DNA of 63,331 bases, from positions 1 through 63,331 of the IMG/VR virus record IMGVR_UViG_3300037247_000518, one strand, 5' to 3'. Source of the stretch: a virus. Taxonomy: Duplodnaviria; Caudoviricetes. The position numbers and the translations under genes are program-made. This document shows positions 1 to 9,589 of the stretch, piece after piece; position 1 is the first letter of the stretch, and each line of letters starts with the position of its first letter. The notes beneath the pieces were generated by a model. The model saw only the letters and a program-made list of their open reading frames with translations. It made no database searches and was not told where the DNA came from.

Positions 1-126
1 CTATTGCGGAGCTACGGAGCCTTCGCCGGAAGACCCCCTCTATGAGTGGGTGCTGTGCGATACGTGCGACCAGTGGCTTTGCCAACCGTCATGCCTAGAG
101 CAGCACCGAAAGGAGGAGAGGCGAGG

Positions 127-669
127 ATGAACGCTAAGCAACGCACGACGGAGCCGACGACGGCTAGGCCGATACCAGCGGTGGAGCTACAGCTAATGAG
201 GGAGACTTGGGAGGCGATGCCGTATCGGGATGGCAACGCTCTCCGTCTTCTCGACGACTACGACACCCTAGCCGCCACGAACCGAGCGCTGACGGAGGCG
301 CTGCGTGACAGGGCCATCACGTTCCACGCATTCATGGGACATGACGGCATCTGGGAAGCCTGCGAAGAAGAGGTATGCCACCAAGACCTCGCCCTCGTCT
401 TCGCCCAGCCCGTCCAGGCGCGGGACGAGGAGCACGGGGCACTCGAAGCGATGGCGGCTGATGTGCGATCTCTCTCTACCCAGCTCGGCCAGAAGATTGA
501 GCAGGCCGTGGAGCGGGACGAGGAGCTGGTGCGGCTGCGGGCGATGTTAGTGCGCGTTCTAAATCGAGTTGATGGCATGTGGGGGAATCATGACTGCCAA
601 GAGCAGAGCGAGGCCTTGTGTACGCTCCACATCGCTCGCGCCCTGCTCGCGGAGGAGCAGCGTGCCTGA
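127..669 (+). CDS. Hypothetical coiled-coil phage protein
   Basis: ATG at 127 after AGGAGGAG; 3' end overlaps next gene. Confidence 0.6.
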   Translation: MNAKQRTTEPTTARPIPAVELQLMRETWEAMPYRDGNALRLLDDYDTLAATNRALTEALRDRAITFHAFMGHDGIWEACEEEVCHQDLALVFAQPVQARDEEHGALEAMAADVRSLSTQLGQKIEQAVERDEELVRLRAMLVRVLNRVDGMWGNHDCQEQSEALCTLHIARALLAEEQRA

Positions 670-880
670 GCAGCCGTCACCTAAGCGCAACGCCCGTCGG
701 CCGATCTGGGAGTTGGTGATCGCTGACATGCATGAACGCAACCGCGTCGGCACAGAGCGCTTCGGGACGCCCCTCCAGGCTTTCAACGGACGCGACGCGC
801 TGCAAGACGCATACGAGGAGGCCCTTGACTTGGCGGCATATCTTCGGCAAGCGATTGAGGAGCGCAATGACGGCAGCTAG
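662..880 (+). CDS. Small all-alpha MazG-like nucleotide pyrophosphohydrolase-type phage protein
   Basis: GTG at 662; motif GTPLQAFNGRDALQDAYEEALDLAAYL with EExxD acidic cluster. Confidence 0.5.
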   Translation: MPEQPSPKRNARRPIWELVIADMHERNRVGTERFGTPLQAFNGRDALQDAYEEALDLAAYLRQAIEERNDGS

Positions 881-1112
881 TGTCAGAGCACATCGGAAGA
901 AAGTTGCCGCCGCACGGAGGAGCGGTGACCTAAAACCTTCTCCAGAATGTCATGCCTGCTTCATGCTTCAGTGCATCCGATGTGCGCGTTTGGATAATGG
1001 AGATGGCTCAAAGCGGTACAAGGGTAAGACGGATTGCAGTCATTGCCCCGAGCACTGCCCAAACAAGCGAGCTAGGCTGCCTATTGTAGAAGGCATCGAT
1101 AAAGTACCGTGA
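867..1112 (+). CDS. Cys-rich zinc-finger protein
   Basis: CHAC, CIRC, CSHC-EHC; overlaps neighbours. Confidence 0.55.
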   Translation: MTAASVRAHRKKVAAARRSGDLKPSPECHACFMLQCIRCARLDNGDGSKRYKGKTDCSHCPEHCPNKRARLPIVEGIDKVP

Positions 1113-2131
1113 GAAAGCTCCCATCCCCACCTATCCCTGATAAGCGTCTGGTCGTCTTCGCCGGTACGCTCCCCGGAGCACGCGGCAAAGCTCTACGTAA
1201 CAGGAAAGCTGAAGCGATCATGGTATCATTTGAAGCTATCCGCACTGGAGGCTGGTGGGAGCGTGAACGTGAGATGTACGATAAGTGGCCGCACTATCGC
1301 TACCTTGATAGTGGTGTCTTCACGCTCATGCGGCAGGCTGGTGTATCGAGAGTTAGCGCAAATACTCAGCCTAAGAAGCAGAGAGAGTCTACGCTTAGAA
1401 AGCGTATGCCAGTCAAGATTCTCAAACAAGAACGCCGTGTCGTTGTCGTACCACAGGCCATGATCCATGAGCGCTTTACCGCGTATCGCGACTACCTGAA
1501 AGAGCATCTTGATGAATGGGACTTCGCGCTCAATTTCGATATCGATCAGTTGAATATCGAACGTGAGGACGGTATGATCATATCAGGCCTGACCGTCGCC
1601 GAGCGCATGACTGCGCAGCTCTACGAGATATGCGGGCCAAAGCTGATCGTCGTCTGGCACCCCGCGAAGATGTCGTGGGATTATTGGAAGGGTCTAGTTG
1701 CCAGCTATGATTACCTCGCGATAGGGAGCGACGCGAAGCTCAGGAGTCGCATTATCAAGTACGCGTGTGACTACGCGCACACACAGGGTAAGCTCGTACA
1801 CGGCCTGGCGGTCGGCACGAAACTCCTCGATCGCATCCCATTCGACACCGCAGACTGTTCGACCTGGATCAGCGGTATTGTCTATGGAATCTTCGCCGGT
1901 ATTAATTATGGGCTGCGATACAAGAAGAACACGTGGGACGCTCGCCATGCGTGGCTTGAGGAATTCACCCGCGGCATCGGCTTAGACCCGGCTGTGCTGA
2001 AGACGAAAGACACGACTGGGCCGAATGCGGTTGCGAAGTTTGAAATTTGTGTCGCCTTATTCCAGCACAAACAAGCACTGCTGCGGGATATCTCAGTACC
2101 ACATGAGCCGGTGAGGTTGCCGATTAGTTAG
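1109..2131 (+). CDS. DpdA/TGT-like DNA guanine transglycosylase
   Basis: TGT-barrel-like motifs YLDSGVFT, NFDID, VVWHP, YLAIG, VHGLA, FDTADCSTW; queC/D/E/folE in same genome. Confidence 0.7.
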   Translation: MRKLPSPPIPDKRLVVFAGTLPGARGKALRNRKAEAIMVSFEAIRTGGWWEREREMYDKWPHYRYLDSGVFTLMRQAGVSRVSANTQPKKQRESTLRKRMPVKILKQERRVVVVPQAMIHERFTAYRDYLKEHLDEWDFALNFDIDQLNIEREDGMIISGLTVAERMTAQLYEICGPKLIVVWHPAKMSWDYWKGLVASYDYLAIGSDAKLRSRIIKYACDYAHTQGKLVHGLAVGTKLLDRIPFDTADCSTWISGIVYGIFAGINYGLRYKKNTWDARHAWLEEFTRGIGLDPAVLKTKDTTGPNAVAKFEICVALFQHKQALLRDISVPHEPVRLPIS

Positions 2132-2145
2132 AAAAGGATGATCCT

Positions 2146-3180
2146 ATGCTCGTCAAAGACCTGTTTCATCTTGTCGAAATCTTCAAGCTCGTAGAGAAAG
2201 ACCCTGGTACGAAGGAGCTATATCTCGACAAAACTGGCGCGTATCTGGCTGGGATGCATGTTGGAGCGCGGCGTGGCATACCGCGTACAAAGAAGCTCCC
2301 GCTTGATGCTGGTATCAGCATTGATGGCTCGATGCTTATGGGTGTTCTTGCACTCATGAAGTCTGATGCCGAGGTCGCAGTCAAACAGACTGATTCGTCT
2401 CTGATATTGAACGCGAAGGGGCGCCGCGCGATACTCCGCGCGAGACTTGGAGCAGACACCGGAGAGGGTCTGGATTTTATGGGAACGGTCTTCGACAGCT
2501 CGCGCTTGCGTAAAGACCTGGTGTTCCTCAGAGCGTGTGCAGCAGAAGGCGTCATCACTCCTGTATTGACCGGCATCCGCTTCAGCAAGAGCGAGAAGGG
2601 CGTAACTCTCGAAGCGACCGATGCTGAACGACGCTCAGGACGAGTCTCTTTGCCTTTACCACGCGCACTCAAGGTCTCCGGTCAGATTGTTCCCGCTGCT
2701 GATCTGGAAATAGCCCTGTCACTGTTAGGCACGAAAATCTCCATGCAGTTTAGAGGTACACATCTGTACTTGCGAGACGCTAGGACGGTCATAAAGCTCT
2801 CGCTCTTACAGGGCAAATACCCCGATCTAAGCAAACTCCCAAAACCAGATATGTACAAGCATCTCCTCTCTGTCTCGAAGACGCACCTAGATACAGCTAT
2901 CAGAGCTGCTATACTATTCGATAGTGATCGCCTCGTGACGCTCGTCATTAAAGACAGGCAGGCGGCGTTGCTCGTGCGAGGGCAGGAGACAGGAGGCTTC
3001 CGTCAGCCAATTGGCAGAGTCGATCTCAGCGATATCGAGATCATCTTCGATGCCCACTGGCTTGATGCTGCACAGTATATCGGAGCGCGCGCAAAACTAC
3101 GCTACAACGACGCACGGTCACCTGTGCTATTCTCAGGTAACAAACGGCTCCTCTGGATGTCGCCAATCGTGCAAGCATGA
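2146..3180 (+). CDS. dnaN: DNA polymerase III beta sliding clamp-like protein
   Basis: 344 aa; LTGIRF...LEATD..R and LLQGKYPD clamp-like motifs. Confidence 0.75.
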   Translation: MLVKDLFHLVEIFKLVEKDPGTKELYLDKTGAYLAGMHVGARRGIPRTKKLPLDAGISIDGSMLMGVLALMKSDAEVAVKQTDSSLILNAKGRRAILRARLGADTGEGLDFMGTVFDSSRLRKDLVFLRACAAEGVITPVLTGIRFSKSEKGVTLEATDAERRSGRVSLPLPRALKVSGQIVPAADLEIALSLLGTKISMQFRGTHLYLRDARTVIKLSLLQGKYPDLSKLPKPDMYKHLLSVSKTHLDTAIRAAILFDSDRLVTLVIKDRQAALLVRGQETGGFRQPIGRVDLSDIEIIFDAHWLDAAQYIGARAKLRYNDARSPVLFSGNKRLLWMSPIVQA

Positions 3181-4586
3181 AGCTCTACCGCCACCAGAAA
3201 GCGGCCATTCGCAAAGCGCTGTCGCTTGACGCCCGCTGCGGCCTCTTCATGGAGATGGGGACTGGGAAGACTCGCGTTGCTATAGAGACAGCGCGCCGCC
3301 TCAATCACTGTCGCCGCATCATTGTCGTGGCACCCCTTTCTGCTGTAGGTGTGTGGCGTAGAGAAGTGCGCAAGTGGGCACCGCAGGCGAGGACTGTGAC
3401 GTGTGCCTACAAGGGCGTGGTGCAGCGAGCGATTAGATTACGCAGGTTGCGTTACAGGCGGACGCGACGACGCGTGTTCGTCATTGTCGGGTATGAGGCA
3501 TTCTGGCGTAAGCCATTGCGGGACGAAATCCTGAAGTATGAGCCTGACATGATGATCTACGACGAAGCGCACCGGCTAAAGGAGAAGGGAACGAAGCAGA
3601 GCCGCTTTGCACATTCTCTTGCTGCTGCCGAGCAGAAGACACCTAAGCCGGATCACGTCCTGGAATTGACAGGCACCCCTCTGCCTAATGGCCCCGAAGA
3701 TGCTTTCTCGCTATTTAAGTCGATCTCACCTGCCATCTTCGGAAGTCGCTGGATAGACTTCGAGGACAGGTACATCATACGTGGCGGCTTCCAGCGTTAT
3801 CAGATTGTTGGCTATCGTAATCTACCTGAGCTAGAGCAGAAGATCGCAGACAACTCTTACAGGATTACAAAGGCCGAAGCATTTGATCTGCCGCCGGAAG
3901 TCGATGTGCCGGTGCCGGTGATACTGGGCCGTCGCGCACGACGGTACTACGACAAGCTGGCGCGCGATGCTATCGCTGAGATCGAGGATGCGTCAGGCAA
4001 AGGCATTGCTCTCGGACGCATCGTCCTGACTAATATCATACGACTTCAGCAGGTGTCATCGGGCTTTGTGAAAGTCGAAGATGGGCGTTTATTAGACTTC
4101 GACAAGTCGAAGCAGCATGCGCTAGCAGACCTGTTGCAAGAGGCGATCTTGAGCGCCGGACGTGCGGTCGTCTTCTGCAAGTTTACGCATGATGTGAAGG
4201 TTGCTATCAAGGTTGCGCAGAAACTTGTGGGCGAGGCTGTGTACAGGATCGACGGAAATGTCCCTCCACGAGATAGAGAGGCGCAGCTAAAATGGTTCAG
4301 GACATTTGACCGGAGTGTGCTGGTCTGCCAGATTCAGGTTGCTGAGGCTATCGACCTCTCATGTGCGCACATCAGCATCTTCTACGGTAGGGACTACTCA
4401 CTGCTCCACTTCGACCAGGCGAGGGGGCGAATACATAGAAAAGGCCAAGAGCAGAAAGTCACCCATTACCATCTGATTGCTGAAGACACCATCGACGGGA
4501 AGATATACGAGGCACTACAGAAGAAGGATAAGCTACAACGCGAACTGCTTGACGCGAACCGCGCAACGGAATTCTTTGGAGGATGA
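3177..4586 (+). CDS. SNF2-family helicase
   Basis: MEMGTGKT, DEAH, LTGTP, QARGRIHRKGQ. Confidence 0.92.
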   Translation: MKLYRHQKAAIRKALSLDARCGLFMEMGTGKTRVAIETARRLNHCRRIIVVAPLSAVGVWRREVRKWAPQARTVTCAYKGVVQRAIRLRRLRYRRTRRRVFVIVGYEAFWRKPLRDEILKYEPDMMIYDEAHRLKEKGTKQSRFAHSLAAAEQKTPKPDHVLELTGTPLPNGPEDAFSLFKSISPAIFGSRWIDFEDRYIIRGGFQRYQIVGYRNLPELEQKIADNSYRITKAEAFDLPPEVDVPVPVILGRRARRYYDKLARDAIAEIEDASGKGIALGRIVLTNIIRLQQVSSGFVKVEDGRLLDFDKSKQHALADLLQEAILSAGRAVVFCKFTHDVKVAIKVAQKLVGEAVYRIDGNVPPRDREAQLKWFRTFDRSVLVCQIQVAEAIDLSCAHISIFYGRDYSLLHFDQARGRIHRKGQEQKVTHYHLIAEDTIDGKIYEALQKKDKLQRELLDANRATEFFGG

Positions 4587-4590
4587 TCCC

Positions 4591-4857
4591 ATGGCTAAGG
4601 TCTGGCATAAATCTCAATGGTACTTCGATGTTCCGTGGGGTGCTTGGCACCTAACAGAGCCTGGTGAGTTCGAGGAGAGTGTGGCCCCTCCTACGCTACT
4701 CAGGCTTGAGGCAGAGCATGTACATATGCTCATCAAGGCACTCGACGAAGCGGGCTGGATAGTCCCGCGTCTCGATGTGCGCCTGCGCGAAGAAGACCTG
4801 AAAATCACACATCGGCTATTAGACCTCCTCGAAGAGCGTAAACATGCCGATTCATAA
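4591..4857 (+). CDS. Hypothetical protein
   Basis: ATG at 4591 after GGAGG. Confidence 0.55.
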   Translation: MAKVWHKSQWYFDVPWGAWHLTEPGEFEESVAPPTLLRLEAEHVHMLIKALDEAGWIVPRLDVRLREEDLKITHRLLDLLEERKHADS

Positions 4858-4978
4858 ACATACTTGGGGATTCTGTCTCTTTGGACGGTGGCCCTTTATT
4901 AGGAGAGTGAAAATTCAATTTACTCTCATCGATCTTAAGGACGGTCAGTGCCCAGTATGTCGTAAGGAATTCAAGTGA
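4844..4978 (+). CDS. Small CxxC protein (44 aa, not in ORF track)
   Basis: MPIHKHTWGF...CPVCRKEFK; fills the gap and overlaps both neighbours (GTGA). Confidence 0.45.
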   Translation: MPIHKHTWGFCLFGRWPFIRRVKIQFTLIDLKDGQCPVCRKEFK

Positions 4979-5583
4979 TCGTCAACATCCATAAAACTCG
5001 TAAGCGCTACGCGACGATCCTAGCTGACCCGCCGTGGAAGTACGCTGTGCTTTTACCTCCTATTAAGCCTAAGCATGGGGGTAGAGTGTCGAGAGATTTA
5101 CCTTACGATACAATGACCTTTGAGGAGATTGCTGCTGTTCCAGTTGGGAGGATTGCTGCAACAGATTCCCAACTTTGGCTTTGGACAACGAACAGCCACC
5201 TACACGAGGCATTGCATGTGATAGAAGCATGGGGATTCACATATAAGGGAGTACGGACTTGGTTCAAGGGGACTTTGGGCTTAGGTACATGGCTGCGCGG
5301 TGCTACAGAGCAGTTACTCTTTGCTGTACAAGGGAATCCTCGCTATGGATTTGGTAAGAAATATACGAAGGGTAATCCTGCAATTTCGACGGCTATCGCA
5401 GATTCCGTGAAGCTGGCCCACTCACGTAAGCCTGTTCAGTCCTATCGTGACATAGAGCGAGTCTGTGGAGATCCTAAGATAGAACTATTCGCCCGTCGAG
5501 CACGTCCAGGGTGGGACTCGTGGGGGGACGAAGCTAAGGACATCGACAGAGAGTTGGAGCGCGATATGAGGAGACACCTGTAA
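4975..5583 (+). CDS. MT-A70 family N6-adenine methyltransferase
   Basis: ILADPPW, LWLWTTN, TEQLL, HSRKP, KIELFARR. Confidence 0.9.
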   Translation: MIVNIHKTRKRYATILADPPWKYAVLLPPIKPKHGGRVSRDLPYDTMTFEEIAAVPVGRIAATDSQLWLWTTNSHLHEALHVIEAWGFTYKGVRTWFKGTLGLGTWLRGATEQLLFAVQGNPRYGFGKKYTKGNPAISTAIADSVKLAHSRKPVQSYRDIERVCGDPKIELFARRARPGWDSWGDEAKDIDRELERDMRRHL

Positions 5584-5798
5584 TGTCCCTCCACGATCTG
5601 ATACACGATAAGGAGAAAGCGGCGGAAACATTGCGTGAGATCGCGCTAGAGGTGGAGTCGGGTTGCTTGGTAATCACTGACGTTCGCATAGAAAGTAGCC
5701 CGATGGATATGGGCATCCGTACTGAAGGCCGACGCTTGACAATTCAGTTTATCTCCACAGGACAGCACGACGACGATCTGCTCGAAGACCTATCGTGA
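5583..5798 (+). CDS. Hypothetical protein
   Basis: TAATG coupling with upstream gene. Confidence 0.5.
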   Translation: MSLHDLIHDKEKAAETLREIALEVESGCLVITDVRIESSPMDMGIRTEGRRLTIQFISTGQHDDDLLEDLS

Positions 5799-6010
5799 GC
5801 ATCTTCGCCTCTGAGTTTGAGGCGGATTTTAAGGCGATGATATCGTCTGTCAATCTCGTCACAGATGCCTTAACTGAGCTTGCCGATAGCGCGTGTAGGG
5901 CTAGTGACGAAATCAGAGAGGCCGTCGAAGAAACGGAAGGAGATTGGGCAGACAAGTGGGCCTCCCACTATCGAGCCTATATAGAGCGTACAGAGTATGA
6001 TGATCTTTGA
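5795..6010 (+). CDS. Hypothetical acidic protein
   Basis: GTGA overlap with upstream gene. Confidence 0.5.
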   Translation: MSIFASEFEADFKAMISSVNLVTDALTELADSACRASDEIREAVEETEGDWADKWASHYRAYIERTEYDDL

Positions 6011-8465
6011 TCCTAGCTGCACTCGCTGTATCTTGCATAGCGCGGCGGAAAGCGTCTGCATCCCTGCCTCTGGTCCTGACGACGCCAAGATTCTGTTCTA
6101 CGGAGAAGGCCCAGGCGGGGAAGAAGACAAGGAGAACGAGCCGTTCATAGGGCCAGCAGGCCAGGAGCTTGATGTACTTCTAGGAGAAGCCGGACTCTCA
6201 CGAAAGCGTGTGCGAGTCTCTAACACCGTCCGCTGCCGCCCGCCTGGTAATAGAGACCCGAGTGAAGACGAGCGCGCCGCGTGTATGCTCTATACTGTCC
6301 GCGAGATCGAGGCAGTGAAGCCGAAAATCATAATCGCTCTGGGTGTCTCTGCTCTCAAAGCACTTACGGGCATTAAGAAGATTGGCGATAGCCGAGGTAA
6401 ACTTCTTTCGCTGCTTCCACAGTATCGCTCGGATGTGCCGGTCATCGCCACATACCACCCTGCCGCGTATCTTCACAACCCAGGTATGCGTGGTGCGTAC
6501 TCGAAATCTATCATCGAAGACATGCGTCTCGCGCAAAAGGTGGTATCTGGCTCGGTCATGCGGGCGAAGATTGTCACGTCTCTGAACAAGGGTGCCGTTA
6601 TCAGACGAACGCTAAAGCGCCTCGCCAAGTGCGACGTGCTCGGCTGCGACCTGGAGTGGGAGGTTCTGCCGTCGAAGAAGAAGGACCCTCTTGGCATGTG
6701 GCCGTGGTCTGCACGTAGAGGTAAGCGTCCGCGTCCTGTGTCTATCGCCATCGCAGGCCGCGTAGACGACAAGATCCTCGCTCTGTCTGTGCCATTCACG
6801 AGCGAGTATGCGGACGACGTGCGCCAGATCATCCGTAGAGTGCCTACCATCTACCACAATGCGATGGCCGACTTGATCTGGCTATATCATCTGGGCTGGA
6901 AAGTGAAGCTCGATAGCTGTACGTTCATCCTAGCCTCGCTCTTGAAGATCGACAGTTCACTGTCACTAAAAGTCCTCGCGCCCATGCTGACAGACATGCC
7001 AGTAGGATGGGAGCGTGATGATTCTGGTATGGGCATCATGCCGGTTTCGAGAGACGAGTGGCGCAGGAAGTTAAAGTATGGTGGCTATGATGCCATCGCG
7101 ACATTCCTACTCAAGCCTAAGCTGCTTGAGCTGGTACACGAGCAGAAGCGAGACGATGTGCTCCCGCTCTATCATCACGTGTTGCTTCCTGCAACTGAGA
7201 TTCTTGCGAGGACAGCTCTGAGCGGTACACCCATAGATCAGCCGCTCTTGAAGTCTATACGGACGAAGGTCTTGCGTAGGGTTAGTGTTCTCACTGAGAA
7301 GATAGGCGATGAATTAGAATTGCCTGCTGATTATGAAGCGATTATCAGTAGCGACATGAAACTCGCTCCCTATCTTGAACGCGTTGGTGTGGACCTACCG
7401 AGGACAAGGAAGACCGATCGGCCTAGCGTCACGAACGATGTTCTGCTCAAGAACAAGAAGGCGCATACGGTCATTCCGCCTATCATCACACGTAGACAGT
7501 TGACTAAGCAAGAATCTGGCTACTGGCGGCCCTGGACGTGGCTCCTGGAGACACAGCGCGACAAACGGCTCCATACTATCTACCGGCTTTCGGTGGCCTC
7601 TACCGGGCGCTCGTCTACGGAGGGTGAAATAGGGTATACGTTCCAACAGTTTCTCAGAGGTAAAAAGTTTCGCCGCCTCGTTCAGGCTCGTAAGGGCTGG
7701 GAAATTCTCTCTGTTGACCAATCGCAGATCGAACTCAGGATCGTCGCCTGGCTCGCGCAAGAACGGCGCATGCTAGAATTCTTCCGGGATGATAAAGACC
7801 TGCATACTGCGATAGCGGGGTGGATGAAAGCCCTGGAAGCAGGGTGGACTATTAAGAAGTACATCAGGCACATGGAGCAGTGGACAGGGGATGTCACAAG
7901 GGCAGAACGCACCGGAGCAAAGCCCATCAACTTCGGCTTACTTTTCGGTGGCGGGCCATCTGTTGTTCAGAAGACCGCGCGCAAAGACTATGGGATTATT
8001 CTTAGTGATGAGCAGTCGGAAGTAGCCTACGATGCATATCACATCTTCTACCCTGACGTACGGCCCTGGCAGGAGACATTCTGGCGTGATGTCAAGCGCG
8101 GATATGGGGAGACATCGCTGGGTCGCAGGCGTAGTGTCAGAGAGGACGAAGAGGGGCCGGATGGCGTGTGGCGTAAGTACATCAACCTCGATGTGCAGGC
8201 TACGGCGTCTGATCTTTCATTGTTTTGCATGGACTACACATGGGAATTACTGAGGAAGGAGTTTGGTAGGCATCTCAGGAGTCTAGCCGAGAATATAGGG
8301 TTCTTCCACGACGCGACTTTGATCCACCTTGATCGCGAGGTCAGGAGTGAAGTCGGGGCCATTGTGAGAGAGTCGTGGGAGCACCCTCCACTAGACCGTA
8401 TAGGTCTCGAAATGGACGTGCCGCTGAAAGCTGATATCAAGATCAGAGAGCGTTGGACTACTTGA
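5997..8465 (+). CDS. Family A DNA polymerase with N-terminal family-4 uracil-DNA glycosylase domain and 3'-5' exonuclease
   Basis: UDG: CxxC, GEGPG, CRPPGNRDP, TYHP; exonuclease: DLE, HNAMAD, YGGYD; polymerase: DQSQIELR, RTGAKPINFG, HDA. Confidence 0.93.
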   Translation: MMIFDPSCTRCILHSAAESVCIPASGPDDAKILFYGEGPGGEEDKENEPFIGPAGQELDVLLGEAGLSRKRVRVSNTVRCRPPGNRDPSEDERAACMLYTVREIEAVKPKIIIALGVSALKALTGIKKIGDSRGKLLSLLPQYRSDVPVIATYHPAAYLHNPGMRGAYSKSIIEDMRLAQKVVSGSVMRAKIVTSLNKGAVIRRTLKRLAKCDVLGCDLEWEVLPSKKKDPLGMWPWSARRGKRPRPVSIAIAGRVDDKILALSVPFTSEYADDVRQIIRRVPTIYHNAMADLIWLYHLGWKVKLDSCTFILASLLKIDSSLSLKVLAPMLTDMPVGWERDDSGMGIMPVSRDEWRRKLKYGGYDAIATFLLKPKLLELVHEQKRDDVLPLYHHVLLPATEILARTALSGTPIDQPLLKSIRTKVLRRVSVLTEKIGDELELPADYEAIISSDMKLAPYLERVGVDLPRTRKTDRPSVTNDVLLKNKKAHTVIPPIITRRQLTKQESGYWRPWTWLLETQRDKRLHTIYRLSVASTGRSSTEGEIGYTFQQFLRGKKFRRLVQARKGWEILSVDQSQIELRIVAWLAQERRMLEFFRDDKDLHTAIAGWMKALEAGWTIKKYIRHMEQWTGDVTRAERTGAKPINFGLLFGGGPSVVQKTARKDYGIILSDEQSEVAYDAYHIFYPDVRPWQETFWRDVKRGYGETSLGRRRSVREDEEGPDGVWRKYINLDVQATASDLSLFCMDYTWELLRKEFGRHLRSLAENIGFFHDATLIHLDREVRSEVGAIVRESWEHPPLDRIGLEMDVPLKADIKIRERWTT

Positions 8466-8490
8466 CAGACGAGCCGGAACATGTTACTAT
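8462..8490 (+). promoter_or_regulatory. Sigma70-type promoter for the recombination module
   Basis: TTGACA-17 nt-TACTAT with extended TG. Confidence 0.75.
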
Positions 8491-8542
8491 ACAAATGCAC
8501 TTGTCCCTTTCGTGAAGTTATAGTCGTGAAGGTCGTCTTCTT

Positions 8543-9577
8543 ATGAAGCCGCTAAGGATCTCTTACTCCGCTGCCCGAGACTGGCAGACGTGTCAGGAGC
8601 TTTACTCAAAGCGTCACATCGAGCAGTTACAACCCAAGCTCCGACAGGCAGCACCAGAGCTTGGGACGATGATTCATGAATACTTTAGGCTCTACTATAG
8701 CAGGCTGGATCCTGGTGATGACCATACGCCGAGAGAGCATCATCGGTATGCTCTCACCGTAACCATGAGGAAGTTCAAGCCCGAGATTCTTTCTCTTGCG
8801 TCTCTCGCTGATGGGCTCGGTGCTGAGGAAGAAGCGAAGAAACTACTCTCTCTACCTCTAACAGCCCGACGGCTGCTTAATGCCTACTTTCGTGTCCAGG
8901 GCAAAGCCGATGCTACACAGCATGAAATCATTGCCGTCGAGCACAGGTTCGAGTTGCCTGTAGATGGTAAGCATGTTGTGCTGCCGGGTGTAATCGACCT
9001 GGTAACGCGAACGCAAGATGGCAATGTCTGGTTGTGGGAGCATAAGACAACTGGCAGCATACCGTCACAGGGGCGACGGTTTCGTGACCTCCAAGTCTTA
9101 ATCTACAAAGTCGCGGTTGAGGAGATACTGGGCTTAGAGCCCACCGGCGTTATTTGGAACTACATCCGCACGAAGCCCCCAGTGCCTCCGAAGGTTCTCA
9201 AGAATGGTCTGCTCAGTACCGCCCAGCATCAGACGACAACACTAGGTCTATTCAAAAAGGCGATGCGCGGAGCCGGAGCAGACCCTCATAAGTACGACTC
9301 ATATCTCAGGCAGCTTGAGCGTCACGAGCGCGAAGTCATGTTCCCGCGGCACACATTGGCGCTCACGCAGTCTGAGGAAGTCTTGCTTCGTGACTATGTA
9401 GCTACTGTCCATGAGATAGAGGCGGCGCGATCCAAGAAGGATTTCATCCCGATTCGCAATCTAGGAGCACAGTGCGACTGGTGTCCATTTGTGAAGCTCT
9501 GCCAAGCGGCCGTAGCAGGAGGAGATATTGATGGACTAAGACAGCGGCACTTCAAGGCTGACAAGAAAAAGAGATAG
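8543..9577 (+). CDS. PD-(D/E)XK Cas4/RecB-like exonuclease
   Basis: ISYS..., GTMIH, GVIDLV, EHKT, C-terminal CDWCP..LC. Confidence 0.85.
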   Translation: MKPLRISYSAARDWQTCQELYSKRHIEQLQPKLRQAAPELGTMIHEYFRLYYSRLDPGDDHTPREHHRYALTVTMRKFKPEILSLASLADGLGAEEEAKKLLSLPLTARRLLNAYFRVQGKADATQHEIIAVEHRFELPVDGKHVVLPGVIDLVTRTQDGNVWLWEHKTTGSIPSQGRRFRDLQVLIYKVAVEEILGLEPTGVIWNYIRTKPPVPPKVLKNGLLSTAQHQTTTLGLFKKAMRGAGADPHKYDSYLRQLERHEREVMFPRHTLALTQSEEVLLRDYVATVHEIEAARSKKDFIPIRNLGAQCDWCPFVKLCQAAVAGGDIDGLRQRHFKADKKKR

Positions 9578-9589
9578 GAGCAGAACAAC

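Noticed and set aside
8543-9577. Cas4-like nuclease as evidence of a CRISPR system
   Set aside because: No other cas genes and no array; it sits in the standard exonuclease-Sak4-SSB recombination module
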